This document shows positions 18,230 through 20,849 of a stretch of DNA of 20,849 nt, one piece after another. This DNA comes from a virus (Duplodnaviria > Heunggongvirae > Uroviricota > Caudoviricetes), in IMG/VR virus record IMGVR_UViG_2778261244_000002, positions 1-20,849 of that record. One strand, given 5' to 3'. The notes under the pieces were generated by a model, which did not search any database, was not told the origin of the DNA, and saw only the letters and a list, made by a program, of their open reading frames with translations. Every line of letters starts with the position of its first letter. The first letter of the stretch is position 1. The position numbers and the translations under genes are program-made.

Positions 18230-19915
18230 TTATCCTAATCCTGGCCATACCATGACGATGATTGTCCCTGCCAGCGTCAGCAGGACGTTGGCGATTGCAT
18301 AGGTGCCCGCATAGCCCAGCGCCGGGATGTTACTGCGAGCTGTATCACTGATGATCTCCATTGCCGGCGCGCAGGTACGTGCGCCCATCATTGCGCCGAA
18401 CAACAGCGCGCGGTTCATTCGCAATACATAAGCACCGAACAAGAAACAGATAACCACGGGCACCAGACTGACAATCAATCCGGCAATCAACATCTGACCG
18501 CCAATCGCGCCCAGGCCGTTATTAATACCGCTACCGGCGCTCAGACCAACGCCTGCCATAAACACCATCAAGCCGAACTCTTTCACCATGCTTAATGCAC
18601 CCTGCGGAATGTAACCGAAGGTCGGGTGGTTAGCACGCATAAAGCCCAGCATAATTCCGGCGAATAACAACCCGGCAGCGTTCCCCATGCCGAAACTGAA
18701 TGTGCTGAACTGGAAGGTGATCATCCCGATCATCAGCCCAATAACAAAGAAGGCGCAGAATGCCAGCAGGTCAGTGACCTGGCTGTGAATCGAGATAAAG
18801 CCGATGCGATCGGCGATGGTTTTTACGCGGCGGGCATCGCCGCTGACTTGTAAAACGTCACCTTTGTTAAGCACGACGTTGTCATCTATCGGCATCTCAA
18901 TCTGGCTACGAATGACGCGGTTAAGGAAGCAACCGTGATCGGTCAACTTCAGTTGTGCGAGACGTTTACCTACAGCGTTATGGTTTTTAACGACCACTTC
19001 TTCAGTGACGATACGCATGTCGAGAAGGTCACGATCGAAAACTTCTTTACCGTTACGGAAGCTGGGATCGAGTCGGGCATGGGCGTCGGGATAGCCTACC
19101 AACGCTATTTCATCGCCCATTTGTAGCACGGCATCACCGTCTGGATTTGCCAGAATCCCGTTACGTCGAATACGTTCAATGTAGCAGCCGGTTTGTCGAT
19201 AAATACCCAGTTCACGCAGATTTTTGCCGTCGGTCCAGGCCACCAGTTCCGGGCCGACGCGATAGGCGCGGATCACCGGTAAATAAACCTTACGGTTGGC
19301 ATCAGTGTCCAGGCCACGTTCGCGGGCGATTTGCTGGGCGCTGGTCTGTAAGTCCTGATGCTGCAATTTCGGCAAGTAACGCGCACCAACAATCAAACTC
19401 ACCAGACCGATTAAATAGGTTAAGGCATACCCGAGGCTCAGATTATCCAGTGCCAGTGAGAGCTGCCTGCTTTCCATGCCGGAATGACGCAGTGTATCGC
19501 CAGCACCGACCAGAACCGGTGTCGACGTCATAGAGCCTGCTAACATACCGGCCGTCAGGCCAATATCCCAGCCAAACAGCTTACCTAACCCTAAGGCGAT
19601 CACCAGCGCACTGCCAACCATCACCAGTGCTAACATTAGGTAATTTTTCCCATCGCGAAAAAAAATGGAAAAAAAGTTCGGTCCGGCTTCGACCCCGACG
19701 CAGAAAATAAACAGCATAAAGCCAAGATTAAGCGCATCGGTGTTAATGCTGAAATGTTGTTGGCCTAATAACAGCGATACGACTAAAACGCCAATGGAAT
19801 TACCCAGTTGGATCGAACCAAGTCGTAACTTTCCGAGACATAGCCCAAGCGCGAGGACCACAAATAATAACAGAATGTAATTCCCATTTAACAATTCGGC
19901 GACGTTTATATTCAC
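18230..19915 (-). CDS. ybjL: Putative AAE-family transporter YbjL (TrkA-C domains)
   Basis: 561-aa membrane protein recognised as E. coli YbjL from its N-terminus ([24 protein letters not shown]...) and length. Confidence 0.85.
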
Positions 19916-20184
19916 GGAGGCTAACTTCTTGTTTACTAGTAAGCTGTTGAAAGAAATGGTAATTTACGATAATGTTTTTTACCAGAATTCAGGGCGCAGA
20001 TTCATTCAGCGCACCTAAACGATAGTAAAGTAACAATATATTTTACTAGTGTAATCACATTAGGTATCAACGGCTATATGAATTGCGTTGGCCTATATTA
20101 GCATGGAATGCGAAGCGGCTTTATCTTACTGAACGCCACACTGGCGAAAAATGTGTTCGATAGACGCAGTGTCAGGAGGAACGA

Positions 20185-20562
20185 GTGAAACATAAACAAC
20201 GTTGGGCGGGGGCAATCTGCTGTTTTGTCCTCTTCATTGTGGTGTGCCTTTTTCTGGCGACGCACATGAAAGGCGCTTTTCGGGCTGCCGGGCATCCTGA
20301 AATCGGCTTGCTATTTTTCATTCTTCCTGGAGCAGTCGCCAGCTTCTTTTCACAGCGTAGAGAAGTCCTGAAACCTCTGTTTGGCGCAATGCTGGCGGCA
20401 CCCTGTTCGATGCTCATTATGCGGCTGTTTTTTTCACCGACGCGCTCATTCTGGCAAGAGCTGGCATGGTTACTAAGCGCGGTGTTCTGGTGTGCGCTGG
20501 GGGCACTGTGTTTCTTATTTATCAGTAGTTTGTTTAAACCACAGCACAGAAAAAATCAGTAA
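20185..20562 (+). CDS. ybjM: Inner membrane protein YbjM
   Basis: 125-aa hydrophobic protein, GTG start with an AGGAGG RBS, in the ybjL-ybjM-grxA arrangement of E. coli. Confidence 0.8.
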   Translation: MKHKQRWAGAICCFVLFIVVCLFLATHMKGAFRAAGHPEIGLLFFILPGAVASFFSQRREVLKPLFGAMLAAPCSMLIMRLFFSPTRSFWQELAWLLSAVFWCALGALCFLFISSLFKPQHRKNQ

Positions 20563-20582
20563 AGCCCTCAACGCGAGGGCTT
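20563..20582. terminator. Hairpin between convergent ybjM and grxA
   Basis: Inverted repeat AGCCCTC-AACGC-GAGGGCT between the two stop codons. Confidence 0.5.
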
Positions 20583-20591
20583 GTCAGACGA

Positions 20592-20849
20592 TCAGGCGTC
20601 CAGATTTTCTTTCACCCATGCAGCAAAATCGGTATAGCCGCCGATATGTTGCTGATCGACAAAAATCTGCGGCACGGTTTCTACGGGTTTACCTGCCTTT
20701 TGTTGTAGATCTTCTTTAGTGATCCCTTCCGCACGAATATCTACATACTGATACTGAAAATCATCGCGTTCATTGCTCAATTTCTCAGCCAGATCTTTTG
20801 CACGCACACAGTAAGGGCAACCCGAACGACCAAAAATAACGGTTTGCAT
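20592..20849 (-). CDS. grxA: Glutaredoxin 1
   Basis: 85-aa protein with the CPYC active site (MQTVIFGRSGCPYCVRAKDLAEKL...); its start codon is the last three bases of the window. Confidence 0.9.
   Translation of the reverse strand: MQTVIFGRSGCPYCVRAKDLAEKLSNERDDFQYQYVDIRAEGITKEDLQQKAGKPVETVPQIFVDQQHIGGYTDFAAWVKENLDA

Noticed and set aside
18935-19533. Plus-strand ORFs (63 and 128 aa) inside ybjL
   Set aside because: Antisense to a long conserved membrane transporter gene; Arg/Pro-rich translations typical of out-of-frame reading.
1-20849. CRISPR arrays, IS elements/transposases, tRNA or rRNA genes
   Set aside because: No regularly spaced direct repeats, no transposase-like ORF or terminal inverted repeats (including at the 12.3-kb deletion junction), and no tRNA-like sequence at the att-proximal regions were seen on reading the sequence.

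Overview
The window is a nearly complete but defective P2/186-family prophage followed by E. coli core genes (ybjL, ybjM, grxA). All calls rest on reading the translated ORFs for motifs and on gene order; no searches were run. Reading left to right: a P2-type integrase (minus), a small secreted Cys-rich moron, a 186-type CI repressor, then divergently an Apl/Cox-like regulator, 186 CII, several small early ORFs, a TraR/DksA zinc-finger protein, a Dam-type N6-adenine methyltransferase and the rolling-circle replication protein A. Downstream of A is an accessory region (about 7.55-10.58 kb) holding a LexA-box-controlled tum-like ORF plus DinI-like gene, a very acidic 111-aa ORF, and an AT-rich 465-aa Schlafen-like (AlbA_2) + HATPase_c_4 + wHTH protein. 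That last gene, sitting at the position where P2-like phages carry anti-phage cargo, is the best candidate for an undescribed system. The structural region is gutted: portal Q is intact, but terminase P is cut to its C-terminal fragment and joined directly to a tail-tube remnant, followed by E/E' (with an intact TTTTTTG -1 frameshift site), tape measure T, U, D and ogr. A 22-nt imperfect direct repeat at 20-41 and 17995-18016 probably marks the att cores.
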